DNA of 64,000 nucleotides, from the NCBI RefSeq assembly GCF_009914755.1, contig NC_060936.1; one strand, given 5' to 3'. The position numbers and the translations under genes are program-made. The notes beneath the pieces are model-generated. The model was not told the DNA's origin and did no database searches. It saw nothing but the letters and a program-made list of their open reading frames with translations. Origin of the DNA: the human T2T-CHM13v2.0 reference genome, Homo sapiens. This document shows positions 27,602 to 41,272 of the stretch, one piece after another (the stretch's first letter is position 1; each line of letters starts with the position of its first letter).

Positions 27602-27720
27602 GTGAGCAAAAAGGTTGAGGCTGATTGCACAGAACGCTTCCCCTCTCCTTGCTTTTACGGGGACTTTGCTGAAGCCAGCTTACTTCTTTTTCATGACTGA
27701 GATAACTTCCCAGGACAAAA
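27598..27720 (-). repeat. Right arm of a 123-bp inverted repeat (non-TE)
   Basis: Manual alignment to 26935-27057: ungapped, 113/123 identical. Confidence 0.97.
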
Positions 27721-27844
27721 AAATGTGTATTTATTTAATGATCCTAAAAGATTTTGTTTTCACATTTTTCTTTGAGTTGCAATAATAATAACACAAAATG
27801 TTCATTTTCTTCTTGTTTACACAAAACACTCTCTGATTGCTAAG

Positions 27845-28155
27845 AGACCACATAGTATAGTGGAAAAGGACAAAATTAGGCAGCTGAGAAGACCTGGGTA
27901 TGATATCGGGTCTGTCTTGGCCCTGGGGAAGTCACATACCTTCCTTAGGCTAAGGTTTTCTATCTACAAAAGCCGACTGAGCATCAGTGGTTTTCAAATT
28001 GTACACCGTGTATTTAGGGTACAAATTTAGGGAAGGATACTTGGGTCTCTAGGACCCCACTCCCACCACATACTTTAGCCACAACAGGTCAGTTCTTATC
28101 TGTTTACATACTGGATTTCCACAGAGAAAGGGTTTCATATTTTTATATGTTTGAA
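27845..28155 (+). mobile_element. MIR fragment followed by a MER112-like hAT relic (~27985-28155)
   Basis: AGTATAGTGGAAAAG..GACCTGGG..GGGAAGTCAC; CAGTGGTTTTCAAA..TTATCTGTTTACATACTGG..GAAAGGGTT..GTTTGAAAA. Confidence 0.6.
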
Positions 28156-29839
28156 AAAAATCTCTGTCCTTTCCAATTCTCACCTTCCATAATTCTGTGG
28201 CTTTTCTCTGGGATCACAGATAGCTTCAATTTCCTGCAGTACATAAGCTCATTAATGCAGACCACTATACAAAGTGGAAAACTGGTTCATGCATGATGGT
28301 TTTCTCCAATATGATCACCTTCACCATCAAAAATATGCATTTATTAAGCATTCATTCATGCATAGTGCCATGTGCGTTACTTTTCAGCACATGCAAAGTG
28401 TATAGGCTTTGTTTTAAATTTGAGAGGCTGAATGATTTTATAGATTTTGGAAATGAGAAATCCTGATAATTCTTTCAATGTAGTATAGCTATTAAGTAGC
28501 AGAGGCAGTGATAAAAATGAATAATATATTTGAAAATGCTTTTGTAACACAAACTATAATGGTCAATAAGCAATTAAACAGTTTCATCTGGAATCACTGT
28601 TGCCACGGGATATTAATGGTTCCCCATAGTACCAAACAAGAAACTATCGTGGCTCTATGCAAATAAACAGATTTCAACATCCATTCCAAGTCGGAAGTAA
28701 ATCTTCTCAGGAAAAGAGCATCTAAATACCACCTATTACCACAGGCACTGGAAAGAACATTAATCCCCCAGAACATATGATATAAATTCCAAGAGCAAGC
28801 CGCTACTGGGGAAGAGGTGAAATATCGAGTTCAGGTTGGGAACATAGAGATCTGCAGCGTTACACACCCACAGTCAGAATTGGCAATTCACATTGGGAGG
28901 GAGCAAAGCCTACCATAAAAAATTAATGAATGAAAGCCCAGTATTCAAAATGCACTTTAAGCAATACTTAAGCAAAGACTAACACTTAGCAATAAAGATC
29001 ATAAAGCAACAAGGAGATAACTTACAGTTGACCACAGTAATAAAAAGAAATGAACCATATTGGACTACAATAGAAACTGTTACCTTAGCCATACCAGTTG
29101 GTGTTATCACTAGGTCCACTATGAGAAGAAACCAGAGATCGATATTGGCATCAGCTCAAATCTTTTTTATACCATTGTCTATCTACCTTGTTGAAGAAAC
29201 ACTGTCACCAAAGCTAGAATGCAGCTTTTAAAAATCGAGAAACCATAAAGAATAAATACTTATCTAGGTGTCCTTTTTCTACTGTCTATTTTTGCCTTAA
29301 TTTTTCTACTTTGTGAGCTGGTTTGGCCAACAAATTGAACAATTCAATTCTATGCTGAGTCTTTAGATTTAATACAATTCTTGATCTATCGACATTTGCC
29401 AAAACAAAATGGTCCCATGCCTCACAACTAGGATAAAATATAAAATGAGGTTTCCCACCAAAGAGAAATAGCCCAAATACTCCAGTGTTTAAATAATTTT
29501 GAATGCTTTAAGGGGGGACTTTAGAATTCTGATAATCTTATGTACAACCACAAATAACACAATTAGATTTCTTTTCAAATGTTACAGAAATTCGTAAGAG
29601 GTGGCACTAAAGTTATTTAAAATCTACTACCCATCATGGAAGTTAAATTTTTTAAATGTGCACCGTGTAGCATTCAGTACCATAGTACAATCCTCCTTCT
29701 AGGAAATCATGTGGTGAAAGAAAAATCACCTAAAAAGCAGACAGTTCATGGACACCAGTTTGGCTACATCAAGCCATGAGTCTGTGGCTCCTGGAATCAA
29801 TGAAAGAACATCCTGTGGGGTTCATTTCCATCTGAAACC

Positions 29840-30543
<704 letters not shown>

Positions 30544-32589
30544 ATGCTTCGTAAGTTTGGATCTTCTTGGTGCAGGGGTAATGTACACAAGAATAGACGA
30601 CCATAACAGACTCCAAGAACTGACCTGATCTTCACTGGGAATTCCCCAAATCAAGGATTATGCTAGATCTCTCAGGCTGAAGACCCTAGCTCCTCTATCC
30701 CACATCCCTAAGCAGTTCTCTAAAGCCAAAAGGAAATTCAGGGTCTGTAGGCTTTCAAACTATTGTCCCCCCAACTAAATTGCTTCCGTGAGATAGGTTA
30801 TTCCCTGCCTTCTTTCCCCAAAATGTTTTGGACATTCGATCCAACTGCCAAAATAAAATAACAAATCATGAGCAATACACTGAGGGAATTAGAGTAAAAG
30901 TTGTTTGTAGCTTCCATAGGATAGAAAGTTTGACAGGTTCATTCCCTTTTCAGTACTAAAGGCTGACATAGCACATAACCATCTTGGTATAGGACAGTTT
31001 TCCTCACAAAGCATTTATTTCAGGCTCTTCAATTATTAAAAATTACTTCTATAAAAAGTAAATATTTTAAGAAGAAATATTTCTTCAAGTCAGTGCTCAT
31101 ATTTTGATGGGAAGGGGAATTTCTTTCATTTTTTTGTTTATATTCACTGTTCATTTATCACAGCACTGGGCTGTCATGATAACAGCTTCTAAAAACAAGA
31201 CTCCTTGACATTTTACCACAACCTTGGAAGACTGGGGATTTTTATCCACTTTTCACTCAGATGTATGATTTTATGTAATGTCAAAGAATTTTGAGTGCAT
31301 TTTTTCAGAAAAAAAACTCTGCTAACCAGACTTATGATCAAACTAGAAACATTTTGACAGAGACCACCATTAGCAGAAAGTTATATGAAAAATAAAATGA
31401 AATGAGAAATGATGAAATACTGTTTTCTTTCTTTCTCTTTCTTTTTTTTAAAGCTGAGAGAGTCCATGGAAACAATAGCTTAGTAAACCTCTTACCCTCA
31501 ACAACCGCGAGCTTCAGAAAATATTCTCTGAACTTAGCATTTGGAATAAGGCTTTATACTTAGCTCTTTGTTTTCTCCATCTCCTCTGATGGTAGTGATA
31601 CGTTTTTTAAATGCCTAAAACCTTTCCTTGTACCTAAGAATTCCCTAGGTTTCATGAATTATTGCAAATGGGTAATCACAAGTGCAAATGAGGAATTTGT
31701 AACACAAGTACCCATCTGTGCATGCAATTAACTGCCTCCAGCAAGTAATTGCCTGTTTTTACAAAAGCCTACTTAGAAACCTCAACTTAAGAATGTATTT
31801 TTTTTAATAATTCTGCCATAACACACAGCAGAACTTTTTCTTGGGACCAACACTTTCAAACAAGCTGCCAAATAATCTATAATTTTTAATCTTATAAAGA
31901 TTATACCTAAGCAGCCAATCCCACTGTAACTGATTCCAGAGGAGCCTGACACTTCTAGACATACTCAGGGAATTTTTCAATCAGTACCAGCCTTTTGTCC
32001 AAGAGACCCCAGCATGGCTAATCCTCATGGGAACTACTCCTGTTGAGGCACCTTTGGGAGATATCTGAAGCTTTTAGTATTGTTTTCATCAATTCATTCA
32101 AGAAATATCTGTTGAACACCTATGAAATACAAAGCCTTCTGTTCTAAGCTCCATGCAAAATATAAAAATGAATTTTAACATTGAATCTTCTCTTAAAGAA
32201 CTTACAATCAGAAATAGAAGACTTAAAGCTAATTATTCAAAATCCAAGTACCTTTGTAATTCAATATTGTGAAGGTGTACCTGTTACCTTACTAGGCCAC
32301 ACCTACCTAGCAAAACAGTCATGTGTTTTGGGTAAAAATCATGCTTGCAGCAGGATCTGAGCCTCCGTTAAGTTGTGTCACTGATCCCCTACTCCCCTGA
32401 AATTGGCCTGCTTGCCTTCCCTTTGCAAGGTCCCCCAGTCTCCTTGATAGTCATAAACATTTTTCATTAGCTGCTATTGACTTTGCTCTCCTCCATCTGC
32501 TGCCAAAAGTCTTAATCCATGGCTATTTTTGATCTTGTGCCAAGCTGCTACTTCCTTGTTATTACCAAATACCCTATCGTTCCTCTCAC

Positions 32590-33605
32590 CACTGTTGCCT
32601 TACCTTTAAATATCACCTACATACTGAAAACTCCCAAATTAAACTTCCCCTGATGCCCAGACTCATCTACCTGCTTGGTCAACGTCTCCACTTAGGTATC
32701 TGATTATCATGTCAGACTTGTTTCCTAAAACTGAACCAAACCTGCTCCTCCAATGATTTCCCCATCTCAGTGATGGACAGTTCCACACTTTAAAGTTACG
32801 ATCATCCTTGCCTTCTCTCTTTCTCTCACACTAGACCTCCAATCTGTCAGCATATCTTTTTGAATCCACCATCAGAGGGGTCAGATTCCCACCACTTCTC
32901 ACATCTCCACTGTTAACCACCCTGATCCAAGCTGCCATCTCCTCTTGCCTGGATTATTGTAATTGTCTCCCAATGGGGGCCCCTGCTTCTACCTTAGCCC
33001 TGCTAGAGTTATTCTCCCACTCAGTCATCAGATGGCCCTTTTAAACATCAGTATTTCACTCTTATGATCAAAATCTTCAAAGGGCTTTCCGTCTCACTTA
33101 GTCAAAGCAGAATTTCCTATAAGAATCAGCAGAATTTCCTATAAGAATCTACAAGATCCTTCATTGACTGCCCTACAACCCATCTTTCTTTTATCATCTT
33201 CCACACCACCACCACCCCCAGTCATTAGGATTCAGCAAAACTGGCTTCCATGTTCCTCCTTGCACACACTAGGCATGGACCTCTTCTCACATGTTGAGAT
33301 CCTCTTCCCCAGGTGTCTGTGACTCATTCCCACCCTTCTTTCAGGTCCTCTTATCCTAGGGGTCTTCCCTGAGCTATACAATAATTCCTGCCCCCTGCTC
33401 ACTACCACTCTTCCAGTCCTGGACCCACTTTATTTTTGTCTGTAACCCTTCTTGCTGTATGATATATGCTTATTTTCTGCCTCCCTTATTAGAATACAAG
33501 TTTCACAAGGGCTGAAGTTTTGTTCTGCTAAGTTTTCTAGCATCTCAAATAATGCCTGCCACATAGCATTATGTGTGTATGAATGAATAAAAATGAACTA
33601 ATGAA
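32590..33605 (+). mobile_element. L2a 3' region
   Basis: AACCTGCTCCTCC..TTCCCCATCTCAGTGATGG..CTCTTGCCTGGATTATTG..; tail TGCCTGCCACATAG..GAATGAAT. Confidence 0.8.
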
Positions 33606-34779
33606 CATTCCTAAGGTGAAAGAGGCTCCTCTCCCCATCAGAATTAAAATCCTTATTTGGCTTACAAAATAATGTCCTTGCCCTCTTTATTCTTATCTTT
33701 CTCATGCAGAAAAAACTGGAAGAATGTCTCAGATTGCCACAACTTGAAGAGTTACTCTCAAAGACAATAAACTAGCATCCTAGAATGCGGTCTGGGTTCC
33801 TCTAATCTCTAACCTCGGGTTGAATTCTTTGCCTTAAAGGATAATCCCCAAGAAGCTGAGGGAGCTCGTTGTTTGAGTCTTACCTTCACCGTTCTGGTGC
33901 TCAGGTTTCAGTCACCTTCCTCTTCCTGCGCTCTCCTAGGCCACCTGTCAGTTCTTCATGATAATAAGATCCCTAGTCAGCTCAAATCTCCTGCCTTAGG
34001 ACTACCTTTGAAAACACATTATACACACAAGAAGAAAGGATGGAAAAAGTAAACTTTTTCACTTAACCTTATACTTACCCCTTAAATTCAAAAAGCAATA
34101 GCGTTGATTAACACTAAGCTCAAATTTTCAGATACTCAACTTTCTCACTAGGAAACTGAAGCACTATCTTCCTCAGTAGGTAATTATAAGTTGCTAAGGA
34201 GATGTGACAAAGTGATTGAAGGAAACCAAAAGGGATACAATCTTCAGAATCCAACCACTTTTAAAAAAGAGTAAAAATGAAAAGAAACTCTCCCAAATGC
34301 CAAGAGAAATATAAAAACAAATTATATATGAATTGATGTGCTAAAAAGACTGTGCTCTGCTAAAATTGGGGTACTATTTTTAAAGATTTAGTTTGATTTA
34401 TTCCATTATGTCTAAGGTAAAAAAAAAAAAAAAGTTTGAACCATTATCAAAGCTCAGCAAATCAATTTCAGTATGTGCCTTTCAAAAATTTCTCTTACAT
34501 CTAAGTTAATAAGCTTACTTTTTTAAATTATGGTTCAAAAACTTAATTAGATAAAGATATTATTGTATATTTTCCATTTATGTACCAATAATGTAGCTTT
34601 CCCTATTTTTAAGATACAGCAAGTTACAGAACATAATTCTGTTGTTCAACAACAATAAGATTTGAGGAAGAAGAGAAAGAAAACAAGAACGAATTACTAA
34701 AATAGAGAAAATTCTATGGCAAAAAAGTTTCCTTTCTATAGTTTAAATACTGGCCCTTCTGCATGAAATAACAAAATAG

Positions 34780-35073
<294 letters not shown>

Positions 35074-36161
35074 CAAAATTTTTCTTATTATAAAACTTTC
35101 TCACAAAGGCAAAATCAAGCTACGTATGAAGAAGAAGGGGTAGGAAACAATAGGAGGCCCTTTTACAATAAATAGCCCTATGGTTTTTGCTTTCTTACTG
35201 GATAAGAAAGCAATAAAAGCTTTCTTTACTGCAAAAAAAAAAAAAAGTTTATGCTTTACTGCAATAAAAGCACAATTACATGGATGGGGTGCTCTGGGGG
35301 CCTGCAGAGCATTTAATCACAGATTTTCCCCCTCAGGTTCTGATTCTACAAAAAGGACATTAAATAAAGTGCCACATGTTCACATTTTCAGTTTAATTAC
35401 CTCTTTAAAATGCTAAGATTTTTGAGCCACATGGGACTCATGTAGATTTTCAATTACATAGGAATCAATATTTTAAATCATTACATTCTCATTACACCTT
35501 CCTGCAGTTCATGCATTACCCTATCTATATTTAATATTATGCGTTTAAATAACTTGCCTAAGCCCATTTAACAAGTTAGTAAAAGAACAAAAATGAGACT
35601 TGCCGCAGCAATTCTGCATACTAGTTGAGTGACCTTGGGTTGGAATCCAAACCCCTGTGGGTCCCTATAAAAGAAGAAAGTTAGACCAGAAGATCACAGC
35701 ATCTTTTCTTGCCTAATAGCCAATGATTTCCTATTCTTGATTTTACACTCAAACCTCTTATCTGTAATGTGTTTGAAGGTAAGACTCTCAAAATTCAGCA
35801 TTATTGTCTCTCTCCGAGGACATCCTGAAGATAAGCCCTTCAAGCTCTTCGTCAACCAAAACCCTCATTTATATGAGTGCTTATTCCTTTTATAATTTCT
35901 TGAAAGAAGTTTTTTGACATCAGTGAAAATGAACACCCTCTCTGTTCACTATATCCAATAACCCATAGTATAACACTACCATCCTCAGACCTTTCCAAGT
36001 CTTCCTCTTTCACCTCTCAGCTCTCATTGAGCTAAACAATTTTGATTCTTCTTGATTTTTCTCCATAATTTGTTTTCCTACACCTTTGTCATTTTCTTCA
36101 GCCTTTGAATTATCCATCTTTAAGTAATATAATATGGAAACCTAATTTATTGTTTGAGTAG

Positions 36162-36567
<406 letters not shown>

Positions 36568-36742
36568 TAACTATACCGAGCTACATTATTACCTTATAGT
36601 CAGCTTTTCATTTCACTATCTCCAACTCTATCTGGTGGCTCTAATCTATAATCAGTAGTTATCTATTCTCTATGTTTTATAGTTTCATTCTCCTCCAGAT
36701 GTAAAATCCAATGACAGAACAAAGTTCTGGCCAGTAGGGTCT

Positions 36743-37130
36743 TGTTATGGGCTAAATTGTGTCCCCCCCAAAATTCACAGGCTGAAGTCCTAATCCCAAG
36801 TACAGTAGAATGTGCCTGTATTTGGAGATAAGGCCTTCAGTGAGGTAACTAAAGTTAAATAAAGTCCCAAGGGCAGGTCCAACCCAATATGACAGCTGTC
36901 CTTATAAGTGGAAGAAATTTGGACACAGACATGTACAGAAGGAAGATCATATAGGGACACACAGAGAAGACAGCCATCTACAAGCCAAAGAGAAAGGCCT
37001 CAGAAGAAACCAATCCTACTGACACTTTGATCTCAAACTTCTAGCCTCCAGGACCGTGAGAAAACAGATGCCTTGTTTAAGCCATCCAGTTTGTGGTACT
37101 TTGTTATTACAGCCCTAGAAAACAAACATA
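36743..37130 (+). mobile_element. MLT1B-like MaLR solo LTR
   Basis: TGTTATGGGCTAAATTGTGTCCCCCCCAAAATTCA ... TTTGTGGTACTTTGTTATTACAGCCCTAG. Confidence 0.88.
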
Positions 37131-40100
37131 AGAAGAGACACCTCTCTCTTGGTTGTGACCTTCGAGGAGAAAATGACATTGCTGCCCTCCATATTCATTG
37201 CTGCTAGAAGGAGGAGTAAGGTGGAAAGCATGCCTCATTCCAGCACACACACAATATCAGTGGCTCACACAGTGTTCCACTATCACCACCCACATGCCCA
37301 GTCCCACTGATACAAGTGGACAGATTTAGGACTTTCACAAGAAGAAAAGCACATTTCTCAGTAAATTAAACTAGATCATCAATGTTTCACCCTTATTTTT
37401 TTCTTTATACTCAAAGAAATATTAACAGCCTAATAAATCTCAGGTAGGTAGCTAAATACCTAAAAATTTTCCAGAGAAAGAGTAAGACCAAATTTACTCT
37501 TGATGTCTTGCCCCTAATCTTAGCACCAGTGACTATTGTACTAGATGTTTCCTCAAAGTTTTTATTCCAGGGGTCCAGCTCAGTATACCCAAGGGAAAGC
37601 AGACTTGGGTATACTCTTTTCAGAGAAGTCTAACATTTGAGCCTGGAACCAAGGCTAGAATTCCTAAGAAGAAAGGCTTACTCATCAGATTTTCACAAAA
37701 CAGCTCAATGCTTTTCATTTTTCCATTTATTTTTCATTTTCATTTTCATTTTTCCATTCATTCACTTTTTCAGGAAATATTTATTGTGCATCTAGTGTGT
37801 GCAAGGTTCTGTAGTAAGGGCCAGAGGTATAAATGATGATAAAGCATCAACATAACAAAAAACCATAAGAATTGTCCCCCCAGAAAGCTAGAGCATGAGG
37901 ATTTCTAAGAAAAGGGAAGAGTGAGAAATCACAGAAATCAAAAATTTAGGATTATGAGAGAAAAAACATTCCAAAGATCAGCTGCCCTATTTTTTCCAGG
38001 ACATTTTATCAGTTCAGGAAATCAAAATAAAAATATCACATCATTTGAACAGATATTCAGATGTGATGGGCAAACTATAGTCGTGTGACAGCTCACAAAG
38101 AGAGATAAATATTTTCCTCTGCCTCCTTCCCTCTCTGACAAATATGCTGATCGGCTCCTTTGCAACTCCCCCAAATACATACTATTTACATTCATTGAAG
38201 ACAGCCAAATCGTTTTACAAGTGTATTTCAGTGTTTTGAATCTTCTAACATCAGGCAATCCCTGTTACTTTCTTTGAAACAAGTTTCCACTATGCAGAGA
38301 GAATAAATAAACACACTCTGTGCTGTTAGCAGGTTCACTCTGTTGTCTGGGTTGCGGGGAATGGAGGTGGTGGCAGTGGCAGCACTGATGGCGATGGCCG
38401 GGCTCAACCCGAAGGGAACAGTGCTGCTTTTTCTTGCAGCCCTGGGAGAGAATCGCAGAGTGCTGCAGGAAGAGGGAAGATCCTGAACCCACTCAAGAGA
38501 GCGCCTCAAGGGCAATGGTGTTCTCTCTTCAGGCACGTGATCGGGAACAAAGGAATCTTTATTCATCTCTTTCTGCTGTACTGGTTTGCTTTATATTCCT
38601 TATAAGCAGCTGAAAAAGACCATGAGCAGCCCTTTCAATCAGCTGAGGAAGAGATGAAAGGTTTCAGAAGAGAGAAGCTGTCAATTCTGAGAATGGTTTA
38701 TTCACATTATAGAATAATCTTTCAAGAAAAGAACTCTACAGGACTGATCTTTTAATTATAGAGGGATAAATACATCTGTGAAATCTACCAATTTCACTTT
38801 GGATTAAATACTCTTACTAAAAGCCAGATATTCAGTAAACAAAGATCTCAATTTGGAAATGGCTTTTCTCCCTAATACGTGTCTTCTAGCTAACGTCCTA
38901 CCCCATTCCACCCCCAAATTCTAGTTGCTATTTGAGAAACAAAAATACATAACCTATTAGAGATGGAGTTTGAGGGTCTTAGATATGTTTCATTTGCTAC
39001 CAAGCAAGCTCTGGATTCTCAAAAATGTTGATCAATTATCTGTGAATAATTTTAAGATCACAGTGTCTTATAGGGAATATTTTTTGATTTATCAAAGAAT
39101 CTCAACATATTTAATCCTATGCACAAATCACATCCCAGCTGTGGTTGAGAAATACAAGCAAGAATCACAGTTAGAGTCTTTGGTGTACCTTCACGGTGCC
39201 AAAGACAGGGTGGACAAAGATACACACTCCATAAATATTTATTTACAGAAATGACATTGTTCATAATTCCAGAAATTCCACCAAAATTTTAAATTGCAAT
39301 TTCTTCTAGTTCTTTTTGGATGTAAAACAAGCATAGAAACAGTGCCTGGCTCCTAGCTGGTTGTGTCTTTCCTGGCTCATTTTTTATGTAGTGCCTCTGA
39401 CTAAAACAGCCCAGAAGCAATTCTCTTGTCCACAAACAAGGGAGCCAACAGCTTTCTGTGGCCCTTTTCCATCTCCCAGTATTCTGGATGAGTCAACCCT
39501 CTTCCTTGGGGGTTTCTGGAGACTTTTGCAAGTGCCCATTTCAGAAAATCCCATTTCCACTTGAAGTATTTATCCCAGAAAAAGAAAAGATTAAAGAAAA
39601 AGAAAACCCTGAGTTTTCTCAAAAACTATTTATTTGCCATTGATGTTCCTGCTTACGTTTTGTGGAAATCCTTCTCTAACTTGATATTTACACAATATTG
39701 TAACATCTCCTTTTTGTGTTATTTCTTAACTTTGAAATAAATGGAGATTCTTTAATAGATGACATTTAGACAGATGTCATTCCAACAGTAGGCTGATTCT
39801 TCCTATTACTTAGAAATTGTTTAAATTCTGAGGCATTCTCATTTATGTCTATTGGCATCAGTTAACCTGTGGTTCCAAAAGCTAGTGCCAAGTTTTGGTT
39901 CTTCCTGTTTGCAAAATCAACCTTTCCCCATGTCAGCTGTTCCTAGGGTGGAGGCGGTCACAGAGTTCCCAGCAACACTTCTTGTCAATGTACCCTGTGG
40001 CGAACATCTCTTCTGTTCCCTAGATCTCATCCCTAGATCATTGTCCATTCTTCTCAGATGCTTCCCTCAGCATTCAGGGCCCAGGCTCCAGGAATCAACA

Positions 40101-40217
40101 TTGCTTCAAAATAATCTCATAACTAGCTTCTAGACCAGTTTTCAGCCAGTCTCTTTTTAAATCTTCTTCACAAAAATTTTGAGGCTAACCCATCCGATTT
40201 TAATCTAAGTAAGGAGA

Positions 40218-40705
40218 GGACAAAGATTATTTACTTGACCAAATTTTGGGCAAGCTCCTGAAACTTCTCCTAGGCTCATCTGTGTACTTTCTTATAAAGT
40301 CCAGTTTTAACAAAGAATCCTGCTGAGTCAGTTTAGCAAGCACTTCCACCCTTGATATCCGAGCACCCTCTGTATCTGGCTGGGTTCCTCCTCCTCCACC
40401 ATCCCCCAGGTGATGTCTGCTTACCCTGGCCTGTCTTCAGTAAGAATCCTGTTAGGTCAGTTTAGCCAGAATCCTCCCTTGCCCCTGAAGTTTCCTCTTA
40501 GTAATTTTTTTTATCTAATGACCCCCACCGTGCTTCTTCCATATAAATTCCCACTTGCCCATGCCGTATTCTGAGTTGAGCCCAATCTCTCTCCCCCACT
40601 GCAGAATCTGATTGCAGTGATCTCTATACCTATTAAGATGGTCCTGAATAAAGTCTCCCTTCCTGTGTTTTAACAAGTATCATTGACTAGTTTTTTTCTT
40701 TAACA
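40218..40705 (+). mobile_element. MER31-type ERV1 solo LTR
   Basis: GACAAAGA..CTTGACCAAA start; CCATCCCCCAGGTGATGTCTG; GAGTTGAGCCCAATCTCTCTCCC; AATAAAGTC; end TTCTTTAACA. Confidence 0.8.
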
Positions 40706-40965
40706 GAAAGGAAGAGATGGTATCAAGACATTTTCTCTTTATTATGGGTAGGTATGATATCACCTGTGGTAACTTTCATTTGTTCTGTACTTCCATAAAG
40801 CTAAGGAGCTTGGCTGAATAGGCTCAGCAGCCAGCTCTGGGCCCACACAGTCCTCTGTTCATAGAGGGGAAAGTGTCAGCTCACAGTTCTTCACTCATTC
40901 TCTCCATTCTACTTTGTCATTCCTCTGCTGTTACACTGACCTGCTGCCAGGTAAATGAAACTGAC

Positions 40966-41272
40966 TTTTTTATTTTTATTTTTTGAGACAGAGTCTCACT
41001 CTGTCACCCAGGCTGGAGTGCAAGTGGCATGATCATAGCTCACTGCAGCCTAGTACTCCTGGGCTCAAGTGATCCTCCCACCTAGCCTTCCAAAAACCTC
41101 CACAGGTGCACACCACTACATTCGGCTTTTTTTGTTTTGTTTTGTTTTGTACACAGGGGGTTTCCCTTGTTGCCCAGGCTAGTCTCCAACTCCAACTCCT
41201 GGGCTCAAGCAATCCTCCTACCTTAGCCTCCCAAAGTGCTGGGATTACAGGCGTGAGCCACCACATCCAGCC
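40966..41272 (-). mobile_element. AluJ
   Basis: GATCATAGCTCACTGCAGCC, GGGCTCAAGCAATCCTCC. Confidence 0.92.

Noticed and set aside
27598-27720. Inverted-repeat arm as an H/ACA snoRNA (length ~125 nt, ends ACAAAA, contains ACAGAA)
   Set aside because: The ANANNA motif is not at a central hinge and I could not build the two-hairpin fold. An Rfam/snoGPS scan would settle it.
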